From Octopus vulgaris (Eukaryota), in the NCBI GenBank assembly GCA_951406725.2, contig OX597820.1:2790001-2854000 (forward strand): DNA of 64,000 nucleotides, written 5' to 3'. The position numbers were made by a program, and so were the translations under genes. Positions 13,144 through 26,649 of the stretch are shown here, piece by piece (position 1 is the first letter of the stretch; every line of letters starts with the position of its first letter). The notes beneath the pieces are model-generated. The model saw only the letters and a program-made list of their open reading frames with translations, ran no database searches and was not told the DNA's origin.

Positions 13144-14413
13144 GATAACAGGGATGGCAAAAGGAAGGGCATTCATCATCATCATTGTTTAACGTCCGCT
13201 TTCCATGCTGGCATGGGTTGGACGGTTTGATGGGTGGCGAACCAGGAGGCTGCACCAGGCTCCAATCCAATCTGGCAAAGCTTCTACAGCTGGATGCCCT
13301 TCCTAACACCAACCACTCCAAGAATTTAGTGGGTGCTTTTTACATGCCACCAGCATGAGGGCCGGGCAGGCGGTACTGCATCAACCGTGCTTGAATGGTG
13401 CTTTTTACTTGCCACCGACACAGGTGCCAATCAGGCGCTATTGTCATCGGCCACAACAAGTTCACTTGCCTGTAGAAAATTTGCCTCAATGAATCCCCCC
13501 CCCCCCCCCTGCAAGCATGATCGTTAAAGCAACGCTGCCGATGATGACAATGCACAATTTAGAAAGTGTTGACATGTCTTTGTGTGTTCCGGGAAGTGTT
13601 GACATGTCTTTGCTTGTGTAAATTAAAGGAAATTACTTTTGCTTCACTTATTAAATTCTTTAAAAAGGAAATTAAAAGTTTATTAACATTCTTGGTATTA
13701 GCCATACTTGAGCATACATATGTTTGTTATGTATGGTTCCGGGTTCAGTCCCACTGCGTGGCATCTTGGGCAAGTGTCTTCTGCTATAGCCCCGGGCCGA
13801 CCAATGCCTTGTGAGTGGATTTGGTAGACGGAAACTGAAAGAAGCCCGTCGTATATATGTATATATATATATATATATGTATATGTGTTTATATGTATAT
13901 GTGTTTATATGTTTGTGTGTCTGTGTTTGTCCCCCCCCCCCAACATTGCTTGACAACCGATGCTGGTGTGTTTACGTCCCCATCACTTAGCGGTTCGGCA
14001 AAAGAGACCGATAGAATAAGTACTGGGCTTACAAAGAATAAGTCCCGGGGTTGATTTGCTCAACTAAAGGCGGTGCTCCAGCATGGCCGCAGTCAAATGA
14101 CTGAAACAAGTAAAAGAGAGATACATATGTATACATACATATACCATATTTTAATGTGTATAAGGAATGCTTTTTTGGCAAAAATTAGGTTAAATCAATA
14201 TGGGCGTTTCTTATACATTGATAGTATTATAATCCCTTACAAAACCTTTTTTTCCAAATTTTAAGCTCCCCAAATTAAGGGGTTCTTTATACATGAGGGT
14301 TCCTTATATATGTTAAAGTACTGGTTACAGCATCGCTGGGTGATCTAATGTGCTGGTTTTAGGCATCAGTCTCTTCGGAGGCATGGGTTCAAATCCCTTT
14401 TGCTGCCATATAT

Positions 14414-14480
<67 letters not shown>

Positions 14481-14647
14481 TTGTTCGAAAAAAAGTTTGT
14501 TTCTATGTTTTTGTTTTTATGTTTTCATTTCTCATTTTGTTCAACGTTTTTTTTGATGTCCTGTACCCATATATGCATGTATATATACATATATATGTAG
14601 GTATGTACATATATGCATGTATATATGCACTTGTTTATATATTATTC

Positions 14648-14703
<56 letters not shown>

Positions 14704-15026
14704 TCTACATATGTATCTTTGTATATATACATATATGTGTATGTATATATACATCCATGCATCACCACCACACCACACATCACACCACCCCGCACTGACC
14801 ACTTCCCAGCACCTACACCATCATCCACACACCTACACATACATGTCAAGGTCACCAGCCCCCTTCCACACTCACATACACGCACCTACGTTTTGGGATC
14901 ACCACTACTTTATTATCTCCCCTTCTTCCTAGCTCTCCTGTGTGCCCCATCTGTCTGGCATTCACCATGATGGATCGCTAGCCACTAAAACTTTTCTATT
15001 TTCTCTCCCTGTTTATTTCTGTGTTC

Positions 15027-15062
15027 CTTTCTGACGAAGAGCGTAGGCTTGAAACATAAAAG
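15027..15062 (+). ncRNA. Minimal hammerhead motif (GAGC-GTAG-GCTC family) in COX18 intron 3, sense strand
   Basis: CTTT-CTGACGA-A-GAGC GTAG GCTT-GAAA-CA-TA-AAAG. Confidence 0.65.
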
Positions 15063-15904
15063 ACTTTCTCACTTCCCGAGCGTTAAACTAATACATCTGT
15101 TTGTTGTTCTCACTATATATATATATATTTATGTATATCAAGACACACACACACACATAATCAGAAACAGTTAGTGAATTAAATATTTGGGAGTAGCCTG
15201 TAAGCCACGTACCCAACATAGCAAGTCTTCTTCAGATATTCAATGGCTCCTGTTCCACACCTTAAAATGGTAATATTTGGTTCTGTTGGAATCAATCTGG
15301 TAATTAGTCTGGCCATATTCTGACTAATTAATTATACATTTCCCAGTTTGGTTTTGACTGTCCACTGGTCACAGTAATAATTGTAGGGTTAGGGTTACAT
15401 TCAGCTATTTGGTAGGTGTGTGGTTAAGAACCTTGCTTCCCAACCCTTTGGTCCCGGGTTCAGTCTAACTGTGTGGTACCTTGTGCAAGTGTCCTCTGCT
15501 GTAGCCTTGTGAGTGAATTTGGTTGATGGTTGATGGAAACTGAAAGAAGACCAGTGTGTGTGTGTGTGTGAATTTTGCTTCCCAACCACACGGTTTTGGG
15601 TTCAGTCCCAAGTGTCTTCTTCTATAGCCCTGGGTTAACCAAAGCCTTGTGAATGGATTTGGTAGGTGGAAACTGAAAGAAGCCCATTGTATGTGTGTGT
15701 TTGTGTGTCTGGACATCTCATGGTGGCTGTCAATAAGGATTGTCGTCATACAAGTGATGTTGCTCCTTTGCAGTCTTCTCTGCCTTATGGGGAAAATATT
15801 ACTTTGCTTGGAAACGGGTGGAGTTTGGTGCCACAAAGGGAATCTGCCTCCTGCAAGCAAGGAAAACTAGACCTTAAATGATGATGGTACTGTTGCTGTC
15901 TCCA

Positions 15905-16197
15905 ACACTGCTACCACCACCACCACTACCAGCACCACCACCAGCACCACCACCACCAAAGCCACAATTCCCTACACCACCAGCACCACCACTACCACCA
16001 CCACCACTGCCACCACCACTACCACCAGCACCACCAGCACCACTACCACCACCACCACCACTACCACCACCACTACCACCACCACTACTACCACCACCAC
16101 CACCACCGCCACCACCGCCACCACCACCACCACCATCACTACTGCCACCACCACCACCACCACTACCGCCACCACCGCCACCACCACCACTACTACT
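15905..16197. repeat. Imperfect (CCA)n trinucleotide repeat
   Basis: Direct inspection; ~95 nt upstream of COX18 exon 4. Confidence 0.95.
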
Positions 16198-16292
16198 TGA
16201 CTGTGGTTGCAGCAACATCTCGTCATCATCGTTTGAAAAAGTAATTACAACTTATTTCTCTTACGCTCATGAATCTATTTTCGTCATTTCAG

Positions 16293-16417
16293 AGAACCAT
16301 CTCTTCCACCCTGAGCTGGAGACTGAAGGCCTGCTATGGGTCTCCAACATGTTGCTACCAGACAGCACATGGATCCTTCCCGTAGCACTTGGACTCATTA
16401 ACCTTTCCATTATTGAA
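16293..16417 (+). CDS. COX18: COX18 exon 4
   Basis: Acceptor tcgtcatttcag; (E)NHLFHPELETEGLLWVSNMLLPDSTWILPVALGLINLSIIE, the Oxa1-family GxLWxxxLxxPD motif; donor GAA/GTAAGT. Confidence 0.95.
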
Positions 16418-16553
16418 GTAAGTTCATTAATTTTGTTTTAATATGAAATCTTGTCATGATGTGATTAAATTCACTAACGATATACGGAGAGATTAACAAG
16501 TGAAATGAATCAGAAACTCAAAGACATCAACAAGTACAAAGCGTATCCAATAT

Positions 16554-16595
<42 letters not shown>

Positions 16596-16756
16596 GGGGC
16601 AAGCATGGCTGTGTTGTAAGAAGCTTGCTTCCCAACCACGTGGTTCTAGGTTCAATCCCACAGTGTGGCACTTTGAGTAAATGTCTTCTACTATAGCCGT
16701 GGGCCGACTCAAAGCTTTGTCAGTGGATATGGTAGGTAGAAACTGAAAGAAGCCTG

Positions 16757-16803
<47 letters not shown>

Positions 16804-16859
16804 TATATATACACACATTTATATACATATATAAACATATATATATATAGATAGATATA

Positions 16860-16890
<31 letters not shown>

Positions 16891-17397
16891 GTATATAATT
16901 GAATAAGTCAACAAGAAGGTGTATGGTTAGACACTATTCCTGACGGAATACACCATCAGGAATACTGACAACCAATGTTTGTGTGTTTACATCCCCGTAA
17001 CTTAGCAGTTCAGCAAAAGAGATCCAATTGGATAAGTATTGGGCTTTAAAAAAATAAGTACTCGGGTTGATTCATTCAACAAAAAAAACTCTTCAAGGTG
17101 GTGCTCCAGTATGGCCACATTCTAATGACTGAAACAGATAAAAGATAAAAAAAGCCCCCCAAAAAGATTCCATTAAACTCCTTGGTCCCTTGGTAATTAC
17201 CATGTGAAATTAGTTTATGTTTGTGTGAGTACCATTGCCTGTCTTTCATCATTCCTGCAGGGGATTAGAGGTTGTAAGACTTAGCATTTGTTGAATGAAG
17301 TGTATGAAAGCTTGAGAGAGAAAATGTGATAGAAAGAGAGAGAGAGAGTTTTGGAGAGTGAGTGAATGAGAGGGAGAGAGAGTGTGTGTGTGTAATA

Positions 17398-17617
17398 CAG
17401 TAACTCCTTGCCATATCGCAGTTCACCTGTCGTGGCTTATTTAATCTTAGGTCAATTCCTTCATGGTGTTGTTTTGCATTTATTATAAAATAAATATATA
17501 CAAATTATAAAAATGATTAAAAAAATATACAGTACAGTACTGTTTTCTACCTCGTGGATTTTCATCTATCGCGGGGGGTTTTGGAACGTAACACCCGTGA
17601 TAGCCGAGGGGTTACTG
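17398..17617. mobile_element. Tigger/pogo-like MITE (uninterrupted copy)
   Basis: TA-CAGTAACTCCTTG ... CGAGGGGTTACTG-TA termini; related copies at 20948-21688 and 58262-58923. Confidence 0.7.
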
Positions 17618-18041
17618 TAGTTTGAAAAAGATTGTGTGATATTTTGAGAGAGAATGTGATAGATTAACCCTTTAGCATTCAGATTACTCCTCTGCCAAAT
17701 GTAAGGCTTATTTATTCCCCTTGTTTCAATAGAAATAATGCCTTATCTCATGGCTTTCCTGGATTTCAGTGTTGTGATCTGTACAGATGAGACAGTTCAG
17801 CAAAGGAAAGTCCAGGGTGACAAAAAATCCAGGCCAGACATTTGTGACTCTTGCTCAGTTGGGGGACATCTGGTATGGAAAGGTTAACATTGGTCCAGAT
17901 AAGTTGCCCAAACTGGATGGATGAATGCTTACGATTTCTGTCTTGAGAAAATAATGTATCTTTAATTTGACATCTTCATAAATGTTCCACTGGAATTATT
18001 TGGAACTTAAAGTCTAACCTTTTGGCTTCCAAGATGGATTG

Positions 18042-18273
18042 TTAACCCTTTCAGCATTCAGATTACTCTGTCAAATGCTAATCCTTATTTATTCACATTG
18101 TTTTGAATTAATCCTGCATTATCCCATAGCTTTGAGATTTCAATGATGTACTGGTTTACTTTCAGTATGACATTCTAAGGTAGGTTTAAGAGACCAGATG
18201 TGGCCTGTTTGAGCGTTAAACAAGTGGAATGTTTTGGTCGGGTATGGCTTGGTTGAAATGCTGAAGGGTTTTA
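18042..18273. mobile_element. piggyBac-like MITE family (also ~8409-8637, 17664-17887, 19640-19840)
   Basis: TTAA-CCCTTT(C)AGCATT ... AATGCTGAAGGG-TT(TT)AA termini; repeated internal sequence. Confidence 0.6.
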
Positions 18274-18959
18274 AGAGATGTGGTAGCTTTTATTTGTGCT
18301 GCTGATTGAGATGAAATTGTCAACTTGTTTCCATGGTTCTATCTTTAGCAATGATGTGGTGTGATTTGTGTGCAGAAGAGTTCATAAAGTTAAATGGGGA
18401 CAACATGAGTCATTTAGGGGTGTCATGAGGGTGTGGACAAGATTCTGTACCCTGACGAGGCAGATTATTTACTGTGCTAGCTAAGGAGAAAGCTCTACCA
18501 GCCCCAGGGAGATGCTTAACAGCACAATCTAAGAGGAAGACTTAGAATAAGGGGTTGGTCCTGTGTGGAGTCCATAGGTAGACAACTCTGCTGGTTTTTC
18601 TCAGATCATCATCATGATCCATCATCATGATCCATTGTCCATGCTGGCATGGGTTGGACAGTTTGACTGGGCTGGCACGCTAGAAGGCTGCACCAGACTC
18701 CAGTCTGATTTGGCATGGTTTTCTACAGCTGGATGCCCTTCCTAATGTTAGCCACTCTGAGAGTGTAATGGGTACTTTTATGTGCCACTGGCACGGGTAC
18801 CATATGCATGACACCGGTATCTACCATGACTGTGATTTTTCTTGGTTCAATGGGTCTTCTTCTCAAGCATGACATAATGCCAAAGGACTCAGTCATTGCC
18901 TCCGTGAGGCCCAACACTCGAAAGGAACTCAGCCACTTTGCCTCCATGAGGCCCAACGT

Positions 18960-19262
18960 TCAAAGGTTGATTTTAATTTTTGTTGACATGCCACCAGCAC
19001 GGGTGCGCTTGGCTTGATGGGTCCTCTTAAGCAGAGCACATCGCCAAAGGTTTCGGTCACAAATCATTGTCTCTGTGAGGTTCAAAGTTCGAAGGCCATG
19101 CTTCACCACCTCGTCCCTTGTCTTCCTGGATCTACCTCTAACACAAGTTCCTTTCACAGTTAGAGATCGGCACTTCTTTACACAGCTGTCCTTGTCCATA
19201 CACATCACATGACCATACCAGTGCAGTCATCTCTCTTGCACACCACATCTGATGCCTCTTAT
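18960..19262 (-). mobile_element. RTE-clade LINE 3' fragment (similar decayed LINE pieces at ~7940-8310 - and ~39480-39780 +)
   Basis: GRSRKTRDEVV...DRNLWR C-terminal motif; RYFGHLIRM..ER in the 39.6 kb piece. Confidence 0.65.
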
Positions 19263-19936
19263 GTCTGTGAAGCATAATAACATTGCTTTGGCAAAAGTTT
19301 TTCAAAATCTAAAAATCATTGATTTGTTGGGTAGGAGACATTTTGGTGCAGCCGTTTTGGCACCACCAGTTTGGCATTGCTTGTTTGATGCTGATCTAAT
19401 CGACATCAGATGTTTTAATGTATCTCTCTTTCTCTTCTCTCCTCCCCCTCTCCCCCATCACTCTCTCTATGTATGTGATCATATTTTTCTTTATGCATAT
19501 GAAAGGGAAAGAATTAATGTCAATACAGCATCATCATCATCATCATTTAATGTCCTTTTTCCATGCTGGTATGGGTTGGACAGTTTGACTGAAAACTGGT
19601 AAGGTCCTGAACTGCACCAAACTCCATTTCTCTCAAATACTTACCCATTTAGCATTTAAAACCGTCAATCTCCTGCCCAAATATTCTACGGGTTTCATGC
19701 GGAAACTGACCGGATCTGGCCTCTCATGCATACCTTCAATGTCGTTCATAGAAATCTCAAAGCTCTGAGATAATGCATGCCTAATTCAAAACATTGTGGA
19801 TAAATAAGCACTTGACAAAATGACCTGAATGCTAAAAGATTGGAAGTATTATTAACATAGTGCTCCAGTATAGGAGTAAATGTACCCTAAAATGCTGTCC
19901 TCCTGTTATGTGTGATAAACTCATTTTCTGTTACAG

Positions 19937-20044
19937 ATGTATGCATTACAAATGAAGAACACAAGTAAATTTTCAAAAGTAATAACAAACCTCATTCGGT
20001 GTCTCAGTATTGTAATGATACCAATTGGAGCTTCCGTCCCAAGT
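19937..20044 (+). CDS. COX18: COX18 exon 5
   Basis: Acceptor ttttctgttacag; MYALQMKNTSKFSKVITNLIRCLSIVMIPIGASVPS; donor AGT/GTAAGT; 108 nt, phase 0/0. Confidence 0.94.
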
Positions 20045-21700
20045 GTAAGTATTTCCTTTGACAAACCATCACTCATTAACCTTCTATAAATTACTTGTTA
20101 ATGTAACCTTCTGCAGACTTGCAAAAGGCCCGTGCAAGTACCATCAATTAAAAGCTCTGCAGACCAAACGCCAGTAGATTTCAGGGTTAATCAGGAGAGA
20201 ATGCAACCCATTTCTGTGGCCTTCCTCCTGATGGCTTTGCAGCACACAGCCTTTCTTCCTTCACTGATGAGAGGCCCCATCTACTGGATCGACTGATAAG
20301 TAGGTGGTAGGGGACCTCAGGAAAGAATGTGCACCATTTTGAGGCCTTCCTCTCAATAGCTTTACACTCCCCACTGGACTGACTGTCTAGTATTTAACCA
20401 TCACCATCAATGATCTACTGGCGGACCTATCTTTCCTTCCACCTCAGGCCTTTGGCACCAAAATTACCTCCTATAATAGCTTAGAAAAATAAACTGCATG
20501 GCAAACTTTATGCTTCCTGTCAGTGGAACGTCTTCTTAGCTTGTAGGAGCAGATTCCTATCAAAGAGTAACGACCTACCAGACTGCTATTCAGATAATAA
20601 CATCTGTAGATGAAGGGATACTACAATGAACATCATGTATCAATGTTCAAGTTTTGCCATACGGTGGAAAACCTCTTGGCAGAGTCTCTCCCCCTCCCCC
20701 CTGCATTCCAAGAGGCCACCATTTATTTCCCACCACAAATCCTGTCGTGGGCGGCTGTCAACAATGTCCACGAAGGGAGATAACTCCCTGTACTCTCGAA
20801 CCCATGGGGCAGCTCAGAATATCACAATCGCCATTGTTAGCTGCCCTTACACAGTATTTGGCAGCAGTATGACAAATTTTGGCAAAAACATATTCTGCCT
20901 GGTTTTCATGGATTTGTGCTTTATTTTTGGAATAAATAAATAATATACAGTAATCCCTCGACTTTCGCAGGTGTTACGTTCCAACCCCGCCCCTCCCACC
21001 CGAGATGGGTGAAAATCCGTGAAGTAGAAACAGTTCTGTATTCTTTTATTCTTTATTTTTTCCTCTTGTTTCAGTCATTGTGACTGTGGCCATGCTGGAG
21101 CACTGTATTTAGTCGAGCAAATCGAGCCCAGGACTTATTCTTTGTAAGCCTAGTACTTATTCTATTGGTCTCTTTAGCCAAACCGCTAAGTTACAGGGAC
21201 GTAAATACATCAGCATCGGATGTCAAGCGATGTTGGGGGGACAAACACAGAAACACACACATATGCGACAGTCTTCTTTCAGTTTCCGTCTATCAGATCC
21301 ACTCACAAGGTTTTGGTCAGCCTAAATCGTCTAACCACATAAAATATTTTCATTTGTATTATTACATTATGTGGTTAGAGGATTTAGTGTCTATTTTTCA
21401 GCATATTGGCAAAGAAAATTTTTTCTTTTTGCCCTTATTTATAATTTTATAATTTTCACCTTAAGACACTTGCCCAAGGTGCTACACAGTGGGACTGAAC
21501 TCGGAACCATGTGATTGGTAAGCAAGCTACTTACCACACAGCCCCTCCTGTGCTTATATCTTATTTTTAATTATTTTTATTTGTATATATTTATTTTATT
21601 ATAAATACAAAACAACACCACGGTGGAATTGATGTAAGCTTAAATGATAACCGCAAAAGGTGAACCGTGATATGGTGAGGGATTATTGCATTGCCTCTTC

Positions 21701-21784
21701 ATGTTGGAATAATGTGGACCATCAAGTCATCGTGGGTGAAGGATGTTGGAATAATGTGGACCATCAAGTCATCGTGGGTGAAGG
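21701..21784. repeat. Perfect 42-bp tandem duplication
   Basis: ATGTTGGAATAATGTGGACCATCAAGTCATCGTGGGTGAAGG x2. Confidence 0.95.
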
Positions 21785-22670
21785 ATGACGGATGACCTGC
21801 ACGGGTGACTGACGACTTTAGTTAAACTGAAGAAGTGCATGCCATCCACCTCATCACTCTCGTCCGTGGGCAAAAACCAGGAGAAAGACAACCTGGGATG
21901 GAGACAGATGCATTGGATTATCAAGATGCCTACTTGCCTTGCCTTGCTCTCTGCACACTGCAATGTGTTGCTGCATGTGCAGAAATATGCACATACAGAT
22001 AGAAAGAGAGAGAAGGGAGGAAGGAGAGAGAGAAATGTTGGTTTCAAATTTTTGCACAAGGCCAGCATATTTGGGGGGAGGGAGTAAGTCTATTACATTG
22101 ACCCCAGTGTTCACTTGATACTTATTTTATTGACCCCGAAAAGGGAGAAAGGCAAAGTCAACCTTGGTGGAATTTGAACTCGGAAAGTAATGATGGACAA
22201 AATACCACAAACCATTTTGCCCAGTGTGCTGGTGGCACGTAAAAGGCACTAATTCAGCATGGTTGATGCCAGTACTGCCTGAGTGGTCCCTCATGCCGGT
22301 GCCACATAAAAAGCACCCACTACACTCTCAGAGTGGTTGGCATTAGGAAAGGCATCCAGCTGTAGAAACCTTGCCAGATCAGATTGGAGCCTGGCGCAGC
22401 CTCCTGGCTCGCCACTCCTTAGTCAAACAGTCCAACCCATGCTAGCATGGAAAGCGGATGATGATGCTAACGATTCTGTCAGCTCACCACCCTCAATGGG
22501 GGAAACATTAAAATGTCTGGTGTTAAATAAGTCAGTGTTGAGTCAGTGGCACCAAAAAGGCAATGGCAAATTGTTGGTGCCACAATGGCAATGCCTAAAT
22601 GTCTTATAATTCATGTTGTTATGAATTTTTTCAAATTTTATTAAATAATTTTTATTTTCATTCTTTTTAG

Positions 22671-22844
22671 TGTATGTGTTGGTATTGGACATGTTCCAGC
22701 CTTTACGGTCTTCTTCAGAACATTGTGTTGAAATTTCCCAAAGTCAAGCGAACTCTCAAGATTCCAGAAACACCAAGTGAAAGTAAACAGCCACTTCAAG
22801 ACCTTTTTGCTGCTGCTAAAAAGAAGTACACCTGGAAGAAATAG
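22671..22844 (+). CDS. COX18: COX18 exon 6 (terminal)
   Basis: Acceptor ttcattctttttag; CMCWYWTCSSLYGLLQNIVLKFPKVKRTLKIPETPSESKQP...WKK*, the Oxa1/COX18 YWxxSS..QN..L C-terminal motif; TAG at 22842-22844. Confidence 0.95.
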   Translation, partial: CMCWYWTCSSLYGLLQNIVLKFPKVKRTLKIPETPSESKQPLQDLFAAAKKKYTWKK

Positions 22845-23020
22845 GGCCATACTTTTGGATTTTCCAAAAAGAGAAAAAAAAAAATTCTTCCCTTTTTTTT
22901 TTCTTTTGTTTTAGAAAAATACTCTCATGTTTTCAATTTTTACCTCAAATTTAGTTTTTACTTATTTAAAAAAACAGAATTTCTTGTTTGCTCTTTTTGA
23001 CAGAATTGTCTTTTTTTATT

Positions 23021-23026
23021 AATAAA
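23021..23026 (+). promoter_or_regulatory. Probable COX18 polyadenylation signal
   Basis: AATAAA ~175 nt after the stop, followed by a T/GT-rich tract (tttgttgttttt). Confidence 0.55.
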
Positions 23027-23359
23027 ATTTTAATAAGAAATTTGTTGTTTTTATGATAATAATAATAATGAAATTATTGTGTATAGTGCTCAGGTGTACC
23101 ACAACTCATCAAAGGTGCAGGTACAGTGCATAGTACTTTATATATCTAATATTTTTACAACTGTATTTAGGAAGTAGGGTACCTGTGTAGTGGTGGCAGT
23201 GGTGGGGACGTTGTTGTACCTCCTCCTCCTCCTTCACTTCCCCTGATTTATCTATGATACACATAAGCTCCCTAGCACCTTGGGCAAATGTTTTATTTAG
23301 CCCTGGGCTCACCAATGCCTTGTGAGTGGATTTGGTAAATGGAAACTGTGTAGAAGTTC

Positions 23360-23394
<35 letters not shown>

Positions 23395-23840
23395 TCATCA
23401 TCATCATCATTGTTTAACGTCCGCTTTCCATGCTAGCATGGATTGGACGGTTCAACTGGGGTCTGGGAAGCTCGAAGGCTGCACCGGGCCAGTCAGATCT
23501 GGCAGTGTTTCTACGGCTGGATGCCCTTTCTAACGCCAACCACTCCATGAGTGTAGTGGGTGCTTTTTATGTGCCACCGACACAGGTGCCAGACGAGGCT
23601 GGCGAATGGCCACGCTCGGATGGTGTTTGTTACGTGCCACCGGCACGGAGGCCAGGCAAGGCTGGCACGGCCACAATCGGATGGTGTTTGTTACGTGCCC
23701 TCAGCACGGAGGCCAGTCGATGCAGTACTGGCTACGGCCACGTTCGGATGGTTTTCTTATGTGCCACCAGCACTGGTACCACAAAAATACAAATTCCATT
23801 GATGCTCATCGATTTTGATTTGATTTTATATATATATATA

Positions 23841-24042
23841 TTGGTACAAACGGTAAGATAACAAAAGAAAGAAAGAGACCTCAATATTATGTAAATAGAG
23901 GAAATTTATCTATAAAATAATATGTTACATTTACTCAATAGTCAAGATAAAACTGAGTTTCAGATGCCGAAGTGGAAATCCACAACACCATCTCTTCGGT
24001 TATCTGACCAGATAACCGAAGAGATGGTGTTGTGGATTTCCA
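23841..24042 (-). mobile_element. Solo Penelope terminal-repeat fragment with fold-back
   Basis: Matches 48161-48330; adjacent to (TA)n. Confidence 0.8.
23946..24004 (-). ncRNA. Hammerhead motif in a solo Penelope terminal repeat (core variant CCGAAGA)
   Basis: Same family as 48266-48326; followed directly by an inverted partial copy (24008-24042). Confidence 0.65.
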
Positions 24043-24382
24043 GTGTTCAAGTTGAGTAAAAGCCTTCAAAGCAGTGCCCCAGCATGGCCAAAACCCATAA
24101 AAGATACCACCTTTACAATAATTTAATAACACCAAAGCACCAGATGCACTGAACAACAACAACATTATCATAAACATATTTTTACAAGTGCAAGGTCATA
24201 CCCCGGGGGTGGAGAGCAATTAAATGAACCCCCAGTACATGACTGGTACATTAGTTTTCAATGCTAAAGTATGAAGGGTAAATTTGAACTCAGAACCTAA
24301 AATACTTTAATTACTGCAAGGAATTTTCTCTGATATTTTAATTACTTGGTTAAGCTGCCATAATTAGTATTACAATGTGGAG

Positions 24383-24692
24383 GGGCATGGCTTAGTGGTT
24401 AGAGTATTTGGCTCACGATTGTAAGGTTATGAGTTCGATTCCCAGTGGCATGTTGTGTCCTTGGGCAAGGCACTTTATTTCAACTCTCTCCAGTGCCCTC
24501 AGCTGGCATAAACAAGTAGAACCAGTATTTCAAAGGGCCAGCCTTGTCACACTCATCTTCCCAGAGAACTACGTTAAGGGTACACATGTCTGTGGAGTTC
24601 TCAGCCACTTGCATGTTAATTTCCCGAGCAGGCTCTTCCATTGATCAGATCAACTGGAACCCTCATCGTTGTTGTAACTGATGGAATGCCAG
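24383..24692 (+). mobile_element. SINE family D, tRNA-derived (copies ~3468-3660, 30285-30566 -, 43203-43340 -, 61980-62263)
   Basis: A box TGGCTTAGTGG, B box GAGTTCGATTCC, GTGTCCTTGRGCAAG core. Confidence 0.8.
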
Positions 24693-26370
24693 CTTCAATA
24701 TTACACTGCCTCGTACATATATTTTAGTGTTTAGAGTAACCGCTTGTGTGTTGAGGGTGCTTCTGTTCTGCCCCTTCTTTGTTGAGTCGGATGCTGTGAC
24801 ACTGGGCCAGATGTTTCTACCATCCTCAGTGTTCATGCTGTACCATTCCCCCCCTTCTCTTGAGTCGGGTTGCTTATTCAGTGGCTTCTGGAAATATCTT
24901 TTCTCCTCTTTGCACCTAATCCAAGACTCCAGAGCATCGAGTGAATCCTGGTGGCAACAAATCTTTTATGATATCATCATCATCATCATTTAACGTTTGT
25001 TTTCCATGCTGTGATGGGTTGGATGGTTTGACAGGATCTGGCAAGCTGGAGTGCTGCACCAAGCCCTAATTGTCTGATTTGGCATGGCTTTTATTTGTTT
25101 TGGGCAGGATGCCCTTCCTAATGCCAACCACTTTACAGAGTGTACTGGGTGCTTTTTACGAGGCACCAGCCTGGTAGCTTTTTATGTGGCATCAGAACTA
25201 TGACTATACAGAGTACGGTATTAAGCATAGATCTTAGTCTTTTCTACTCTAGGCACAAGGCCCAAAATTTTGGGGGAGGGGTCCAGTCGATTAGAGTGAC
25301 CCCAGTATGCAACTGGTATTTAATTTACTGATCCTGAAAAGATGAAAGGCAAAGTTAACCTAGGCGGAATTTGAACTCAGAACATAAAGATAGATGAAAC
25401 ATCGCTAAGCATTTCGTCTGGCATGCTAACGTTTCTGCCAGCTGATCGCCTTAATAATGATAATCTTTCCTCCTCTAGGCACAAGGCCTGAAATTTTGGG
25501 GGAGGGGGCCTGTTGATTAGATCGACCCTAGTACGCAACTGGTACTTAATTTATCAACCCTGAAAGGATGAAAGGCAAAGTCAACCATGGCGAAATTTGA
25601 ACTCAGAACGTAAAGACAGACGAAATACTGCTAAGCATTTTGCCCGGTGTGCTAACGTTTCTGCCAGCTCCTCGCCTCCTTAAGCATAGATCTTATTGCA
25701 GTGCTTCTGAGCCTTCTCTGGATCAAGTTAAATCTTTTGCTTCTACAATACAAAATAACTATAGCTTACTACAAAAAAAAGAAAAAGCATTAATAATGCA
25801 TAAAGAAATGGAAATGAATGCAGCTGGAATTAAGAAGTTACGGGTGAATATAATGAAACATTTTTATTGTAAAATATAACAGTTGATGTTCAGGTCAAAC
25901 AATAACTCATTTACAATCAAGTAATAAGTTTAGATAATGAATAGATTTGTATTTAAATAGTTAAATTAGTTTTAAATGTTTTAATTCTCATTAGTCCCTT
26001 TTAACGTTCATTGAAATAAAATGCCTTCTTAGACTGTCCAGCAGCCGGAAAGATTCAGAAAATACACATTTAATTTAATTTGAGTAAAAATAAAAATATA
26101 CCACAACCATCATTTTTATCTTAGCTTTTCAAATTTACCATATTTGATGGCATAAAAAGACACGATAGCATATGAAATACACCCCAATTTCAGCAGCCCA
26201 TATTCAGGAAAAAAAGCATTTACTACATTAAAAGATGTAAAATTTAAAGTAATTATTTCAAAGTCTGTTAACCAAAGCAGAAACAGATTACTTTGTCCAA
26301 AAAGTTAGCAGAAGAACTCAACAGAAAGCAAGACAGTTCTATATTTAAGGGATGAGGAATTATGTACATT

Positions 26371-26649
26371 ATTTACATTTGACGGATATTTGTCCTCATC
26401 TTGTTTGTTGTTGGGCATATGGTGTAGTGCTTAAGACCGCGGGCTACTAACCCCAAGATTCCGAGTTCGATTCCAAACAGTGACCTGAATAATGACAATA
26501 ATGATGATAACACCGAAAAATACCTTAGGAACGAGAACCCAGGTTTGAAATTTCCCCAAGACACCTGATGAAGGCTGGAGGGTATATCAGCTGAAATGTT
26601 GTATTGACAGCAAACAAGATGAGGACAAATATCCGTTGAATGTAAATAA
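26371..26649 (+). mobile_element. tRNA-headed, hammerhead-containing element with ~40 bp inverted ends
   Basis: A box TGGTGTAGTGC, B box GAGTTCGATTCC, hammerhead; 26371-26411 is the reverse complement of ~26608-26648. Confidence 0.7.
26561..26604 (+). ncRNA. Hammerhead motif downstream of a tRNA-like head
   Basis: ACAC-CTGATGA-A-GGCTGG AGGGTATA TCAGCT-GAAA-TG-TT-GTAT; second copy at 52178-52218 (-). Confidence 0.65.

Noticed and set aside
15874-16229. Poly-Gly and poly-Val ORFs on -
   Set aside because: Antisense readings of the (CCA)n repeat
26413-26480. Functional tRNA genes (also SINE heads at ~3470, 14330-14408, 24385, 61980)
   Set aside because: Acceptor and other stems are degenerate and most run into repeat bodies; treated as tRNA-derived heads or pseudogenes
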